Source of the DNA: Candidatus Bathyarchaeia archaeon
GTDB lineage: Archaea; Thermoproteota; Bathyarchaeia; Bathyarchaeales; Bathycorpusculaceae
Length of the DNA stretch: 64,000 bases
Direction: 5' to 3'
Assembly (NCBI GenBank): GCA_038883855.1
Contig: JAVZLH010000002.1
Coordinates: forward strand, 1-64,000
Under the pieces are notes generated by a model that had not been told where the DNA came from, did not search any database, and worked only from the letters and a program-made list of their open reading frames with translations. Both the position numbers and the translations under genes were made by a program. Shown in pieces: positions 1 through 10,792 of this stretch; position 1 is the first letter of the stretch; every line of letters starts with the position of its first letter.

Positions 1-1
1 A

Positions 2-679
2 GCATACACCACAGCTGCTGCCATGGTCGCTAAGGTTGAGGACGCAATTGCAAATTCAAAGCTTGGGAATCTTAAAGACAAACGCTGCGCAATTTTCGGA
101 ACCGGTGCAGTTGGGAGAGTTGCTGCAATCCTGTTGGCTAGGCTTGGATGCGAAGTCACAATAGTTAGCCCAAACCCTGAGCGCACAAATGGGGAAGAAT
201 ACGTTGCAAACCTATCGAATCTGCTTCGCACTAAATACGGCGTGAACGTAGAGGGAGTCTTCGCCCCAACACCAGAAAAGAAGGCTGAAGTCATGGAAAA
301 AGCAGACGTTATCTTCTGTGCTGCCGGAGCAGGATTTCGCGTAATCAGCAAAGACATATTGGACAAAATGAAGCATGTCAAGGTCATAGCAGACGTAAAC
401 GCTGTTCCGCCATTGGGGGTTGAGGGAATAAAACTCGAAGACAACATGAGAGAAATAGCGCCAGGAATATTCACTATAGGCGCGTTGACCATCGGCAGGT
501 TGAAGTATAAACTTGAGCAAGAGATTCTGAAAGATGCACGTAGAAACGGCAAAGCAACAGTTTACAATTATAACTATGCATTTCAATTGGCGAGGAAAAT
601 CTTGAAGGGAGAAATATCCGCCGTCAAACTGGCAGTGACGGTAACCTATCCTTCCAAAGAAAAGAAAAGCTCAAGCTAA
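2..679 (+). CDS. NAD(P)-dependent methylene-tetrahydromethanopterin dehydrogenase (MtdB/MtdA family), 5'-truncated by the window edge
   Basis: The frame is open from the window edge (AYTTAAAMVAKVE). Motifs TTAAAMVA, IFGTGAVG, ADVNAVPPLGVEG and IGALTIGRLKY match the MtdA/MtdB family. Confidence 0.8.
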   Translation, partial: AYTTAAAMVAKVEDAIANSKLGNLKDKRCAIFGTGAVGRVAAILLARLGCEVTIVSPNPERTNGEEYVANLSNLLRTKYGVNVEGVFAPTPEKKAEVMEKADVIFCAAGAGFRVISKDILDKMKHVKVIADVNAVPPLGVEGIKLEDNMREIAPGIFTIGALTIGRLKYKLEQEILKDARRNGKATVYNYNYAFQLARKILKGEISAVKLAVTVTYPSKEKKSSS

Positions 680-681
680 AG

Positions 682-1698
682 TTACGTTGGCGGTCTGTAA
701 GAGCGGAGCACAATAATCTCTGCGATGTCCGCTGAGTTCTCCGCTATACGCAGTATGCTGTCGCGAATAGAACAGCAGGCGCATATTACCTCCGTACTTT
801 TCTCTTTTAAAAAGGCTAATGAGGCTATTTCCTGATCCAATTTTTCCATTTTGGCTTGACTTTCAATTATTTCGTCTGAGTATTTAACGTCATTAGAGAG
901 CATAGCATTTACAGCCTTATCGAAGTTGGCGAGTGCATCACAGCCAGCAGCATACATCTTTTCTCTCAGAACTTCAGAAATTTGTTTTTGTCTTCCATCA
1001 AGCATTATTATGTGTTTGGCTATGTTAGCTGCTTGATCTGCAACCTGCTCTATTAAGTAAACGAGAGTTTCGTAGTCGAGGCAGTCGAGCGCTTCAAGTC
1101 CAAGCTTATTGGCTAAAGCTGGGTCAACGGATGCTCCTCGAATTAACCGCAAAAGGAAAAATGAGAAGTGGTCAACTTCGTCATCAAGGGAGTAAACGGA
1201 TTTAGCCAATGCTGCATCCTGATTTTTGAGGGCTGTGAAGACGTCGCGGCACATGAAACTTGATATTTTATACATTCTGTTTATTCCAGTTTGAATCGAA
1301 GCTTTGGATTCGTCTATTAGAGTTGCGATCTGGATTTCTTTTGTGTCAGCTTCCATTATGCGCATGTAAAGTGTTTGAACTATTCTGCGGATGGCTTTCT
1401 GTTGAGATACTGTGAAGAACTTCTTTGAGATCAGCTTGATGTCTGAATACCCATTTAAATAACACGCGATTATTTTGCGAACCAAGGACATATCTTTATC
1501 ATCAGGATCTACATAAAGAGTTATTTTATTTGTCTCCTTCTCCTTTTTTAACCCTGGAAAAATTACTAGGGAGCGGTCGCGGTTTATAGCTAGTGAAACG
1601 GTGTCTCCTTGTTTTAGTTCGGTCAGTTGAGTCCAGTGTTTCGGAAGGGAAATTACCAGTGAGGAACGTCCCAGAGACATTATTTTTCGTTGTTCCAT
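682..1698 (-). CDS. Archaeal phosphate uptake regulator (AbrB-like N-terminus plus tandem PhoU domains)
   Basis: MEQRKIMSLGRSSLVISLPKHW is an AbrB-type start. IIACYLNGY, DDEVD and E-x-x-AD-x-A-x-x-IA are PhoU motifs. Start placed at ATG 1698 rather than 1737. Confidence 0.85.
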   Translation of the reverse strand: MEQRKIMSLGRSSLVISLPKHWTQLTELKQGDTVSLAINRDRSLVIFPGLKKEKETNKITLYVDPDDKDMSLVRKIIACYLNGYSDIKLISKKFFTVSQQKAIRRIVQTLYMRIMEADTKEIQIATLIDESKASIQTGINRMYKISSFMCRDVFTALKNQDAALAKSVYSLDDEVDHFSFFLLRLIRGASVDPALANKLGLEALDCLDYETLVYLIEQVADQAANIAKHIIMLDGRQKQISEVLREKMYAAGCDALANFDKAVNAMLSNDVKYSDEIIESQAKMEKLDQEIASLAFLKEKSTEVICACCSIRDSILRIAENSADIAEIIVLRSYRPPT

Positions 1699-1898
1699 AC
1701 GTTTTCCCACATAGATTAATACACGCTGGATAGTCATATATATTTTTATATATGATATAGCCTGATAAATCTATTCAAGCTGCAACGAACTCTCAGCTTC
1801 AAACTCTAATGACATCTTTATCATTTTTCGCTTTCGAATAGTTTAAATATTGACCTATATACCTACGGAATCTATAAATGTAGGCGAGAGTGTTTGAA

Positions 1899-2116
1899 AT
1901 GACAGAAGTCGTTGAGAAAGGATTAAAAAAATCGGTATAACGGTCTCAAAGCCTGTCCTAGCGATACTATGCATAATATTTGGATTGCTAGTGATAATTA
2001 TACCAGAGCTTGTAGGAATCATAATCGGCATTTTTCTCATAATCGAAGGCGTTCTATTACTTACAGAGTATCTGGAGCTCCAAAGACAACAATCTAAGCA
2101 AGCATCTCAACCTTAA
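1899..2116 (+). pseudogene. Small two-TM membrane protein (DUF3096-like), frameshifted in an A7 run
   Basis: MTEVVEKGLK, then a shift at A7 (~1925-1931) into KIGITVSKPVLAILCIIFGLLVIIIPELVGIIIGIFLIIEGVLLLTEYLEL...*. Not in the ORF track. Confidence 0.6.
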
Positions 2117-2159
2117 ACACACCTTTTTTATTTTTCAATATAACACTTTGAGCATATAA

Positions 2160-3388
2160 ATGACGGATTTGGAGCAGTTGAAGAAAACTGGAATTCAGAA
2201 ACTATTAGTAAGTGGAGTCGATACGGTTTTCGTTGCTGCATCCGCAAAAAGAGCAGGCTACGATGTGTATGTAGCGGACTATTTCGGCGACAGCGACCTT
2301 AAAAGATTTTGTTCCGATTTCAAAGCTATAATCAAACAGAAAAATGGAAGAGTTGTGGAAGAACGCGACTTAATTTTAAACCGAAAGCTTTTCTGGAAAT
2401 GGCTAAAGCATTAAGCAAAAAGCATAAAATAGATGTGATACTGCTTTCTTCAGGTCTTGACGATTATTTCGACGTTCTTTGCGAGTTAAACCGTTTAATT
2501 CCGATCCTAGGCAACTCTCCAGAAGTTATAAGGAGCGTCCGCGAAAAACCACGTTTTTTATGAACTCGAACTGTTAAGCATTCCCCATCCCAAAACAAAG
2601 CTTGCAAGCGACGTCTTTGAGGCGAAGGCATCCGCTGCCAAGATTGGATACCCAGTTATTATAAAACCAACCAGCGGTTTTGGAGGTGCAGGTACAAGAC
2701 TTGCATTAAACGATAAGGAGATTGAAAAAATATTTTGTGAAGTTTCTCAAGAGAGCGGAAGTATCCTAATTCAAAAATTTATTGAAGGCGTTCATGCAAG
2801 CATGTCAATTTTAGCCGGAGACAAAGACGCTAAAGTTGTATCCGTAAACGAGCAGTTGTTGGGGTTACCCTCAGTTTTTCAGAATGAACCTTTCGGATAT
2901 TGTGGCAACATTGTCCCTTTACATGTAAATAGTTCAGTCTTCGAAAAATGCGAATCCGTTGCCAAGAAAATCGCCTTACATTTCGGTCTCAAGGGTTCTA
3001 ATGGCATTGATATGGTGATTTCGGGGATGGAGCACCTTATGTTGTGGAGGTGAACCCGAGGTTTCAGGGAACTTTGGGATGCATTGAAAGGGTTTTTGGA
3101 ATAAACTTGGTAGACGCCCACATTAAGGCTTGTCTTTATGGTGATGTCCCAACGCTAAGAAGAAGTTCAAAGTTTTGTACTCGTTTAATCTTATACGCTC
3201 CTAAACGTGTTATCGCTCCAGAACTAACAGTTTTTGAAGATTTGTGGGACATCCCATTGCCAAACAGCATAATTGAAGAAGGTGAACCTCTATGCTCGGT
3301 CTTAACAGAAGGAAAAAGCCGTGACACCTCTCTTCAAAAGGCTGAGGGAAAAGCTAAGTTAATTTATTGTAGGCTTCGCCCAATCTAG
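2160..3388 (+). pseudogene. ATP-grasp protein (COG2232-like) broken by three frameshifts
   Basis: Fragments join as SAKRAGYDVYVADYFGD / ILGNSPE / GYPVIIKPTSGFGGAG...QKFIEG...GYCGNI..GSNGIDM / EVNPRFQGT..GEPLCSV. Shifts lie near 2347, 2555 (T6) and 3025 (G4). Confidence 0.8.
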
Positions 3389-4120
3389 ACATGCAAACCC
3401 ATTTTTCTGGCAACATTAATTATTGGTGGACCCGTTAGGGCTGTTACGAGCGTGGATAACCCAGCCTTTATTGGAGTTTCAACAGCACCTTCAGCCCATA
3501 TTAATTGGATGTAGCTTACATCATAACCATAAAACAAACTGTATGTTTGGCATGGCACAAAAATGAAGATGCGGAAAAGAACATCGGCTTCTAAGCCTAT
3601 GAAAACACTTAGTGCAAGAATGTAAACGAGACGGGCGCTTGATTCAGTGCTCCATAGACTTTTCCATTTTATCACCATCATAGATACAACTATGAGGATG
3701 GCAAATGCAAGATAGACATCCCACATGCCCCACAGAGGAAGTTGCCAAGTGACAGGCGAAGCAAAATATCCGGCAAACAAAAGCGAATAATATGCTAAGG
3801 GAATCTTCCACTTTCCACGAAAAATAAGGGCGGAAATCGCGGCTCCGATTGGAGCGCCGAGAGTAAATAGAAACTCGTAAACATCTCCGAAATAATTGAT
3901 GGAGTGACAAATCATTACTCCTATTAGGTTTGCAAAGAACCAGCCAATGGACCAAGTATTACTCCTGTAATTGGTTCGGATATAAAAACTCCACTGTACC
4001 AAACCCAGAATAGGGTAGAAACGGAGTCACTACCAGATAGTCGCAAACAATAGTGAAGGCTGCGAAAATAGTTACTAACGGAATAAAAGTTGATTTGTTT
4101 AACTTTTCAATATTTACCAT
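3385..4120 (-). pseudogene. Membrane protein resembling an ECF transporter S component, two frameshifts
   Basis: ATG at 4120 gives MVNIEKLNKSTFIPLVTIFAAFTIVCD. A shift near 4003 gives ISEPITGVILGPLAG, and a shift near 3938 gives FFANLIGVMI. The G-x-x-LGP-x-x-G pattern is typical of S components. Confidence 0.6.
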
Positions 4121-4214
4121 GCCTATTGCCGCTCCTTTCCGTTTTAAGTTTTTGAAAATACCATAATAGTTAATATAAAGTTTCAGAAATTGCTAATTCT
4201 CAAGAGGGATTATT

Positions 4215-5258
4215 GTGAAGTTGGCTGAAACTTTAGAAAAGCTTTCAAATGTAATGGGAGTTGCTGGCAGAGAGGAAGAGGTCAGAGTTTTGATGAAAAA
4301 ATTCTTAAAACCCTATGTTGACGAGGTAAAAGAGGACAAGCTTGGTAACGTTATTGGAATAAAGAAGGGAGCGAAAAACGCTCCGAAAGTAATGCTTGCC
4401 GCCCACATGGACGAAATAGGCTTGCTGGTGAAAACAATTTTGAAAGAAGGCTTTCTGCAGTTCACCAAAATAGGCGGAATAGACGACCGCATCCTCTTAG
4501 CCCAAAAAGTCATCGTTTACACAGAGAAGGGGCCGCTCCACGGCATAGTAGGTTCAAAACCTCTACACATACAGAAAGAAGAAGAACGTAAAAAGGTTCC
4601 AACTTATGATGAATTATTTATAGACATCGGCGCAGAAAACCAAGAAGAAGCAAAGGAGATGGGAGTAAAAATTGGAGACCCCGTCGTCTTCGACATAAAA
4701 TTCGCGAAAGTTGGAAAAAACATAGTGATCGGCAAAGCTTTCGACGACCGCGTTGGATGCGCCGTCATGGTTGAGACAATGAAGCTTTTGGAGAAAACAG
4801 ATTGCACCGTTTATGCTGTCGGAACAGTCCAGGAAGAAGTTGGCTTAAGAGGGGCAACAACAGCTGCTTTCGGCATATATCCAGACGTTGGAATAGCCCT
4901 TGACGTCACCGTGGCTGGTGATGTCCCAGGAGTAAAGGAGGTTGAAGCTCCAATAAAGCTCAGGAAGGGGCCTTCTATAACCGTTGCCGATTATGGTTTG
5001 ATTACCCATCCAAAGGTTTTGCGGTTGCTTGTTGATGTTGCTGAAGAAAATAAGATTCCATATCAACTTGAGACTGGTTTGCCTGGCTCAACAGACGCCG
5101 CACGGATATCCCTTACAAGGGAGGGGGTGCCAAGCGGCGTAATTTCCATACCAACACGTTACATTCATAGTCCGGCCGCTTTACTAAGCCTTGAGGACGC
5201 AGAAAACGCGGCGAAACTGACAGCAGTTGCTATTCAGAAATTTCCAAAATATTTCTGA
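4215..5258 (+). CDS. M42 family (TET) aminopeptidase
   Basis: AAHMDEIG, KAFDDRVG, QEEVGLRGA, LDVT and RYIHSP motifs. Confidence 0.95.
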   Translation: MKLAETLEKLSNVMGVAGREEEVRVLMKKFLKPYVDEVKEDKLGNVIGIKKGAKNAPKVMLAAHMDEIGLLVKTILKEGFLQFTKIGGIDDRILLAQKVIVYTEKGPLHGIVGSKPLHIQKEEERKKVPTYDELFIDIGAENQEEAKEMGVKIGDPVVFDIKFAKVGKNIVIGKAFDDRVGCAVMVETMKLLEKTDCTVYAVGTVQEEVGLRGATTAAFGIYPDVGIALDVTVAGDVPGVKEVEAPIKLRKGPSITVADYGLITHPKVLRLLVDVAEENKIPYQLETGLPGSTDAARISLTREGVPSGVISIPTRYIHSPAALLSLEDAENAAKLTAVAIQKFPKYF

Positions 5259-5423
5259 CAAATTCGTATCGCCATTTGGTGTTGGAAACGGAGTCACAAT
5301 TCTTGCTTTGCGAAAAGGCGGTTAAACGTTCCTTGAAGAATACAATTGCGCTTAAAGCGGTTTATCAACGATGTGTGAGTATTAGAACACTAAACATTTT
5401 AAGAACGCACTCCAATCAGTTAT

Positions 5424-5870
5424 TTGGCTGAGTTCATGCAAAAGAAAAAATTTGAGACTCTTGAACACACCGCGGACGCCTACATCGCCGCTTACGGAAA
5501 GGACTTGGCTGAAGCTTTTGAAAACGCAGCGTTAGCAATGTTTGAAGTCATGACAAATGTGGAGGATGTTAAAGCTGAAGTTGAGGATTACGTTGAGGTT
5601 GAAGCAGAAGACGAGCATGCACTCCTTTATAGTTGGCTTGAAGAACTGCTTATAAAATTTGAAACGAAAGAGATGCTTTACTCAAAGTTTAAAATCTTAA
5701 ACATAGAGAAAACCCCAAGTGGTTTCAGGCTTAAAGCAAAAGTTTTAGGAGAAAAATTCGACCCGAAGAAGCATTTGCAGAAGGTTGGTGTGAAAGCCGT
5801 TACATATCATCGCATGGAAATAATTAAAAAACCGGAAAAAGTCACACTAAAATTTATCCTCGATATTTAA
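5424..5870 (+). CDS. Archease (RtcB cofactor)
   Basis: EHTAD at the N-terminus, VKAVTYH, and C-terminal ILDI. Confidence 0.95.
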   Translation: MAEFMQKKKFETLEHTADAYIAAYGKDLAEAFENAALAMFEVMTNVEDVKAEVEDYVEVEAEDEHALLYSWLEELLIKFETKEMLYSKFKILNIEKTPSGFRLKAKVLGEKFDPKKHLQKVGVKAVTYHRMEIIKKPEKVTLKFILDI

Positions 5871-5888
5871 AAAGAAAACGGAAACTTT

Positions 5889-6554
5889 TCAAATCAGCTT
5901 AAGTTTTTTTAAGCCCTTTTTGATTTCTTCCACAGCGACTTCAGGTGGAACATCCAACTGTTCACATTTAAACTCTACAAAGGGAACACCTTTCTCTCTG
6001 TAATAATTCAGAATCGGCTGGGTTTGCCGTTCATATACTTGAATTCTCTCCTTTATGACTTCTGGAGTGTCGTCTGAACGCTGGTAAAGCTGTCCTCCGC
6101 ACTCGTCGCATATCATGTCTACTTTTGGTTTTAAGTAACGTATATTGTATACTTGCCCACAGTTTTTGCAGATTCGCCTTGTAGATAAGCGTTCAATGAT
6201 TATCCACTCAGGCACTATCAAGTGAATTATTACGTCTATTTTGGCGATTTTCTCCAAAGCCTTGGCTTGCTCAATCGTGCGCGGATACCCATCCAAAATG
6301 AAGCCTTTGCCGCTTGTTTTGGCTAAACTTTGCTTAAGAACTTCTATCACAACATCGTCTGGAACAAGCAAACCCTTCTCCACAAAGCCTTTCACCTTTC
6401 TTCCTAAAGGCGTTTCTTCTTTCATGATTTGGCGGAAAATGTCGCCTGTTGCAATTACATCCAAACCAAGCTGAGACTGAAGCCTTGAAGCATAAGTGCC
6501 CTTCCCCGAGCCGGGAGCGCCGAAAATGACGGCGTTTACCATGCATTTCACCAT
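5889..6554 (-). CDS. adk: Adenylate kinase with a Zn-binding LID
   Basis: GAPGSGKGT P-loop, GFILDGYPRT, CKNC...CDEC LID, QRSDD. Confidence 0.92.
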   Translation of the reverse strand: MVKCMVNAVIFGAPGSGKGTYASRLQSQLGLDVIATGDIFRQIMKEETPLGRKVKGFVEKGLLVPDDVVIEVLKQSLAKTSGKGFILDGYPRTIEQAKALEKIAKIDVIIHLIVPEWIIIERLSTRRICKNCGQVYNIRYLKPKVDMICDECGGQLYQRSDDTPEVIKERIQVYERQTQPILNYYREKGVPFVEFKCEQLDVPPEVAVEEIKKGLKKLKLI

Positions 6555-6701
6555 TTTACTGTTTTCCTATAGAAATTAAGGTTTATAATTAACGTTGCCA
6601 TCTTGCAAAGTTGTTTATACAAATAAATTTCTGGATGGAAACGTTTAAAGCTGTTGACGGAAACTTTAAGGCTCTGTTAAAAATCGCGGTGCGTACTCTA
6701 A

Positions 6702-7619
6702 ATGCGTGTGACAAAGATTGAAGAACACCTTTACTTGGTTGATGTTGAACCTGCTGGAATAGAAGGTTTCATTGCCAGCTACATTTTAAAAGGCAATTCT
6801 GTTGCCATTGTTGAAACAGGTCCCTCCTCCTCAATTCCCAATTTGTTGTTAGGGTTAGAAAGACTGAAAATTAACCCGAGTGAAGTGGCGTACGTCGCTG
6901 TTTCGCACATTCACTTAGACCACGGCGGAGGAGTGGGAACACTTCTGAAGTATCTACCTAAAGCTAAGCTTATTGTTCATCCAAGAGGCGCGCCACATTT
7001 GGTAAACACGGAGAAACTTTGGCAACAGTCGAGACAAGTTTTAAAAGATCTGGCTGAAATATATGGCAAGCCAGAACCAATTCCGGAAGATAAGATTATC
7101 ACGGCGGGAGATGGTATGGTTTTTGACATTGGAAATGGTGTCCAGCTAAAAGTTGTGGAAACTCTCGGTCACGCCTCGCATCACTTAAGCTACTATGAAC
7201 CGTTAAGCGGTGGCATTTTCTGCGGAGATGCTGCTGGATTTTACTTGAGCGAGTTTGATATTCACATACCTACAACTCCTCCGCCATTTCGTTTAGACAT
7301 CGCACTTTCTTCCTTAGCAAAGCTTGTAAACTTAAAGCCTAGGGTTTTGTATTACAGTCACTTTGGTGAAGCATTCGATGGTGTGTGTAAGCTTCAAACT
7401 TATGGAGAGCAACTTAAGCTTTGGGCGAAAGTTGTAAAACAAGGGTTGGAGAAACGAGAGAATCTTGAAACTATAGTGAGTAGGATAGTTGCGGAAGATG
7501 AACTTTTGAAGAAGGCTGAAGGCTTCATTAGAGCTCATCCAATTTTAAGTCATGCAGTTTTTAACGAAAGCGTTCTGGGCATAGTTGATTTTGTTGAAAA
7601 ACAAAATAGCTTACTATAA
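6702..7619 (+). CDS. MBL-fold metallo-hydrolase
   Basis: SHIHLDHGGG, GHASHH, GDAAG and SHFG motifs. Confidence 0.9.
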   Translation: MRVTKIEEHLYLVDVEPAGIEGFIASYILKGNSVAIVETGPSSSIPNLLLGLERLKINPSEVAYVAVSHIHLDHGGGVGTLLKYLPKAKLIVHPRGAPHLVNTEKLWQQSRQVLKDLAEIYGKPEPIPEDKIITAGDGMVFDIGNGVQLKVVETLGHASHHLSYYEPLSGGIFCGDAAGFYLSEFDIHIPTTPPPFRLDIALSSLAKLVNLKPRVLYYSHFGEAFDGVCKLQTYGEQLKLWAKVVKQGLEKRENLETIVSRIVAEDELLKKAEGFIRAHPILSHAVFNESVLGIVDFVEKQNSLL

Positions 7620-7676
7620 TGCTCTGTCATACGCACCAATATCATTTTATATTTGACCTTCAAACCTTAGCAGTAG

Positions 7677-9164
7677 GTGAAATTTATGGAAGAAGGAGAG
7701 AGTCGTCCACCATCTGAAAAAGTCCCCCTTGAGAAAATAGATAATTATACTTGGCGCATTCCACAGTATAAGCCTGGAATGCGCGTTCCAGGCATAATTT
7801 TTGCTAATGAAGACTTGTTGGAGAAAATGCAGACGGATAGAACTCTTGAGCAATGCGCGAATGTTGCCCATTTGCCGGGAATTTATAAACATGCAATTAC
7901 GCTGCCCGACGGACATGAAGGATATGGCTTTCCAATAGGGGGTGTGGCTGCAACAGATTATGAGGAAGGTGTAATAAGCCCCGGAGGCGTTGGTTATGAC
8001 ATAAACTGTGGCGTTCGCTTGTTAACAACAAATCTTTCTGAAGAAGACATTAGACCGAAGCTTGCCCAACTTGCGAACGCAATTTTTGAAAACGTTCCAT
8101 GCGGGCTTGGAAGTCGCAGAAAAGACTTTAAGGTTACTGCTACTGACTTGGATAGGCTTGTTATTGAGGGTGTTCAGTGGGTTATAGACCAAGGCTTGGG
8201 ATGGTCTGAGGATGCAGAACACTGCGAAGAAAGAGGGTGCATGAAAAGCGCAAACCCAGATAAGGTTTCAACAACTGCGAAGAATAGAGGTTTAACTCAA
8301 ATAGGCACTTTGGGTTCAGGAAATCACTTCCTAGAGATACAGAAAGTTGATAAAATTTACGATTCGAGAACGGCTAAAGCTTTTGGAATAGACCATGAGT
8401 GGCAAGTAACCATAATGATACATTGCGGTTCCAGAGGATTTGGACACCAAATATGCTCAGACTACTTGAGAGTTATGGAGAGAGCTGTTCACAAGTATAA
8501 AATTGTTTTGCCAGACCGTGAGCTGGCATGTGCCCCTGGAAACAGCAACGAGGCAGAGGATTACTATCAAGCAATGGCGTGTGCGGTGAATTATGCTTTC
8601 GCCAATCGCCAAGCAATAATGCATTGGGTTAGGCAGAGTTTTCAGCAAGTTTACAAGGAAGACCCAGAGAAGTTCGGTTTAAAACTTGTATATGATGTCG
8701 CCCATAACATCGCAAAAATAGAAACTCACAACGTAAATGGACAGCAGAAGAAAGTGTGGGTTCACAGAAAAGGTGCAACCAGAGCCTTTCCACCAGAGCA
8801 TCCAGAAATCCCAGCAGACTATCGTTCACATGGTCAACCGGTGCTAATTCCTGGAAGTATGGGAACAAGTTCGTGGCTTTTGGTCGGTACGGAAAAAGCT
8901 ATGCAAATAAGCTTTGGCTCCACAGCCCACGGTGCTGGAAGAATGATGAGTAGAAACGCTGCTAAGCGAAGATTTTGGGGTGGAGACATAAAGAAGGCGT
9001 TAGAGCAGCGGGGCATTTACGTTAGGGCTGCTAGCGCGGTTGTTTTGGCTGAGGAGGCGGATCCAGCCTATAAAAACGTTGACATTGTTGCAGAAGTAAG
9101 CGATAAGGTTGGAATAGCTACGAAAGTTGCGAGAATGATTCCCTTGGCTGTTGTTAAAGGCTAA
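7677..9164 (+). CDS. rtcB: RNA-splicing ligase RtcB
   Basis: LPDGHEGYGFPIGG, GYDINCG, GSGNHFLE, HCGSRG, HNIAK, HRKGAT, PGSMG and HGAGR motifs. Confidence 0.97.
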   Translation: MKFMEEGESRPPSEKVPLEKIDNYTWRIPQYKPGMRVPGIIFANEDLLEKMQTDRTLEQCANVAHLPGIYKHAITLPDGHEGYGFPIGGVAATDYEEGVISPGGVGYDINCGVRLLTTNLSEEDIRPKLAQLANAIFENVPCGLGSRRKDFKVTATDLDRLVIEGVQWVIDQGLGWSEDAEHCEERGCMKSANPDKVSTTAKNRGLTQIGTLGSGNHFLEIQKVDKIYDSRTAKAFGIDHEWQVTIMIHCGSRGFGHQICSDYLRVMERAVHKYKIVLPDRELACAPGNSNEAEDYYQAMACAVNYAFANRQAIMHWVRQSFQQVYKEDPEKFGLKLVYDVAHNIAKIETHNVNGQQKKVWVHRKGATRAFPPEHPEIPADYRSHGQPVLIPGSMGTSSWLLVGTEKAMQISFGSTAHGAGRMMSRNAAKRRFWGGDIKKALEQRGIYVRAASAVVLAEEADPAYKNVDIVAEVSDKVGIATKVARMIPLAVVKG

Positions 9165-9338
9165 TGTCACCTGTAAAGGGTTAATTTTATCTGCGGTTTT
9201 CTTCTTTTAAGACTAAACCTTTTTATAGGCGTGTTGTGTTTGGTGTTGCTGGCACATTAATTCATGTAGTCGACGAGGCTTTTTGAAAAGCTCTCTTGAA
9301 AAATGCATGAAAAGTTTTGTGGCAGGAGTAATGAAAAT

Positions 9339-10463
9339 ATGCAAATACAACAGTTTAAAGATATACCACTAAGTATGGAAGTTATGAGAAGCATCGAAGA
9401 TCTTGGATTCGATAATCTTTTTCCAATTCAAGCTCAAGCCATAACGCCATTACTTGAAGGAAAAGACGTTATTGGACAGGCACAAACTGGAACGGGAAAA
9501 ACCGCGGCTTTCGGCATTCCGATGATTGAAAGGCTAAACCCGGAAGTAAAGGGTGTTCAAGGCTTGGTGTTGGTGCCAACTCGCGAACTCGCCGTTCAAG
9601 TTGCAGAACACATCAGCCAACTTGCAAAATACACGAAACTGAAAGTTTTACCAGTTTACGGAGGAGAACCAATTGAAAAACAAATATATGCGCTTGAAAA
9701 AGGCGGTCACATTATCGTTGGCACACCAGGACGCGTAATTGATTTGCTTGATAGACTTATCCTAAATTTGGCGTTGGTAAAGGTTGTTGTTTTAGACGAG
9801 GCGGATAGAATGTTGGACATGGGTTTCAGAGGTGACATTGAATACATACTTTCAAAAGTGTCATCCAGTAGGCAGACAAGCCTTTTCTCGGCAACAATAG
9901 ACCAGACAGTGATGAAATTATGTAACAAATACATGAAGAATCCGAAGAAGATACTTGTTAGCAAGGACGAAATAGCTCTTTCACAAATAAGCCAGTATTA
10001 CGTGGTTGTAAACTCTCACAGCAAATTCGAAGTTTTATGCAACATTCTGGACGAGAACCATATAGAGCGAGCCATAATATTCTGCAAAACCCGATCGGAG
10101 ACAAGCATAATTGCAGATAAACTGAGAAAAAGGGGATGTGATGCAAAACCGTTGCATGCTGGTTTAACTCAACCGCAAAGAGACTTCGTTACAGACTCTT
10201 TCAGAAAAGGCAAGTTAAAGTTGCTTGTTGCAACAGACGTTGCCGCACGGGGTTTAGACATTCAAGGAGTAACACACATAATAAACTATGATGTTCCCCA
10301 AGACGCCTTAGTCTATTTTCATAGGATAGGGCGAACCGCCAGAAAGGGGCAGAGTGGAACAGCCATAACGCTTGTAGGTTACGGAGAAATTGCGGAATTA
10401 AACACTATAAAAGCTCTAACCAAAACGCACATAGAAGAGATAACCGATTCATTCATCCACTAA
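9339..10463 (+). CDS. DEAD-box RNA helicase (core only)
   Basis: Q motif, AQTGTGKT, PTRELA, DEAD, SAT, ARGLD and HRIGRTAR. An SD-like AGGAGT precedes ATG 9339. Confidence 0.95.
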   Translation: MQIQQFKDIPLSMEVMRSIEDLGFDNLFPIQAQAITPLLEGKDVIGQAQTGTGKTAAFGIPMIERLNPEVKGVQGLVLVPTRELAVQVAEHISQLAKYTKLKVLPVYGGEPIEKQIYALEKGGHIIVGTPGRVIDLLDRLILNLALVKVVVLDEADRMLDMGFRGDIEYILSKVSSSRQTSLFSATIDQTVMKLCNKYMKNPKKILVSKDEIALSQISQYYVVVNSHSKFEVLCNILDENHIERAIIFCKTRSETSIIADKLRKRGCDAKPLHAGLTQPQRDFVTDSFRKGKLKLLVATDVAARGLDIQGVTHIINYDVPQDALVYFHRIGRTARKGQSGTAITLVGYGEIAELNTIKALTKTHIEEITDSFIH

Positions 10464-10508
10464 GCATAATAGGTAGAGAGTACACTTTTAAATGAGGTTA
10501 AAACTAAA

Positions 10509-10652
10509 ATGCCTAAAGACCCGGTCTGTGGAATAATTCTCGACGAAAAGACAGCCAAGTTCAAAATCACTTATGAAGGCGAAACCTACTATTTTTGCTC
10601 ATTAATTTGCAGGAAAAAGTTCAAAAAGCACCCAACGAAGTTTGTTAAGTAA
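10509..10652 (+). CDS. YHS/TRASH-domain small metal-binding protein (47 aa)
   Basis: MPKDPVCGIILDEKTAKFKITYEGETYYFCSLICRKKFKKHPTKFVK* carries DPVCG and YYFCS..C, with GAGGT upstream. Below the ORF-track cutoff. Confidence 0.9.
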   Translation: MPKDPVCGIILDEKTAKFKITYEGETYYFCSLICRKKFKKHPTKFVK

Positions 10653-10792
10653 TATAACGCTCATTATCTACTAAATTTTTTCCATGCGTCCTTATAAGCA
10701 AGATTAAGCACTGTATATCAGTAACGTTCTGTCATTCACAGACGCGCAGACACAGCAACGTTACATAAAAACATAAAAGGAGTGAAAAAGGG

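Noticed and set aside
4018-5297. The 13-bp sequence GAAACGGAGTCAC on both sides of the M42 peptidase gene
   Set aside because: Matches of this length are expected by chance in 64 kb, one copy lies inside a coding region, and there is no sign of a mobile element.
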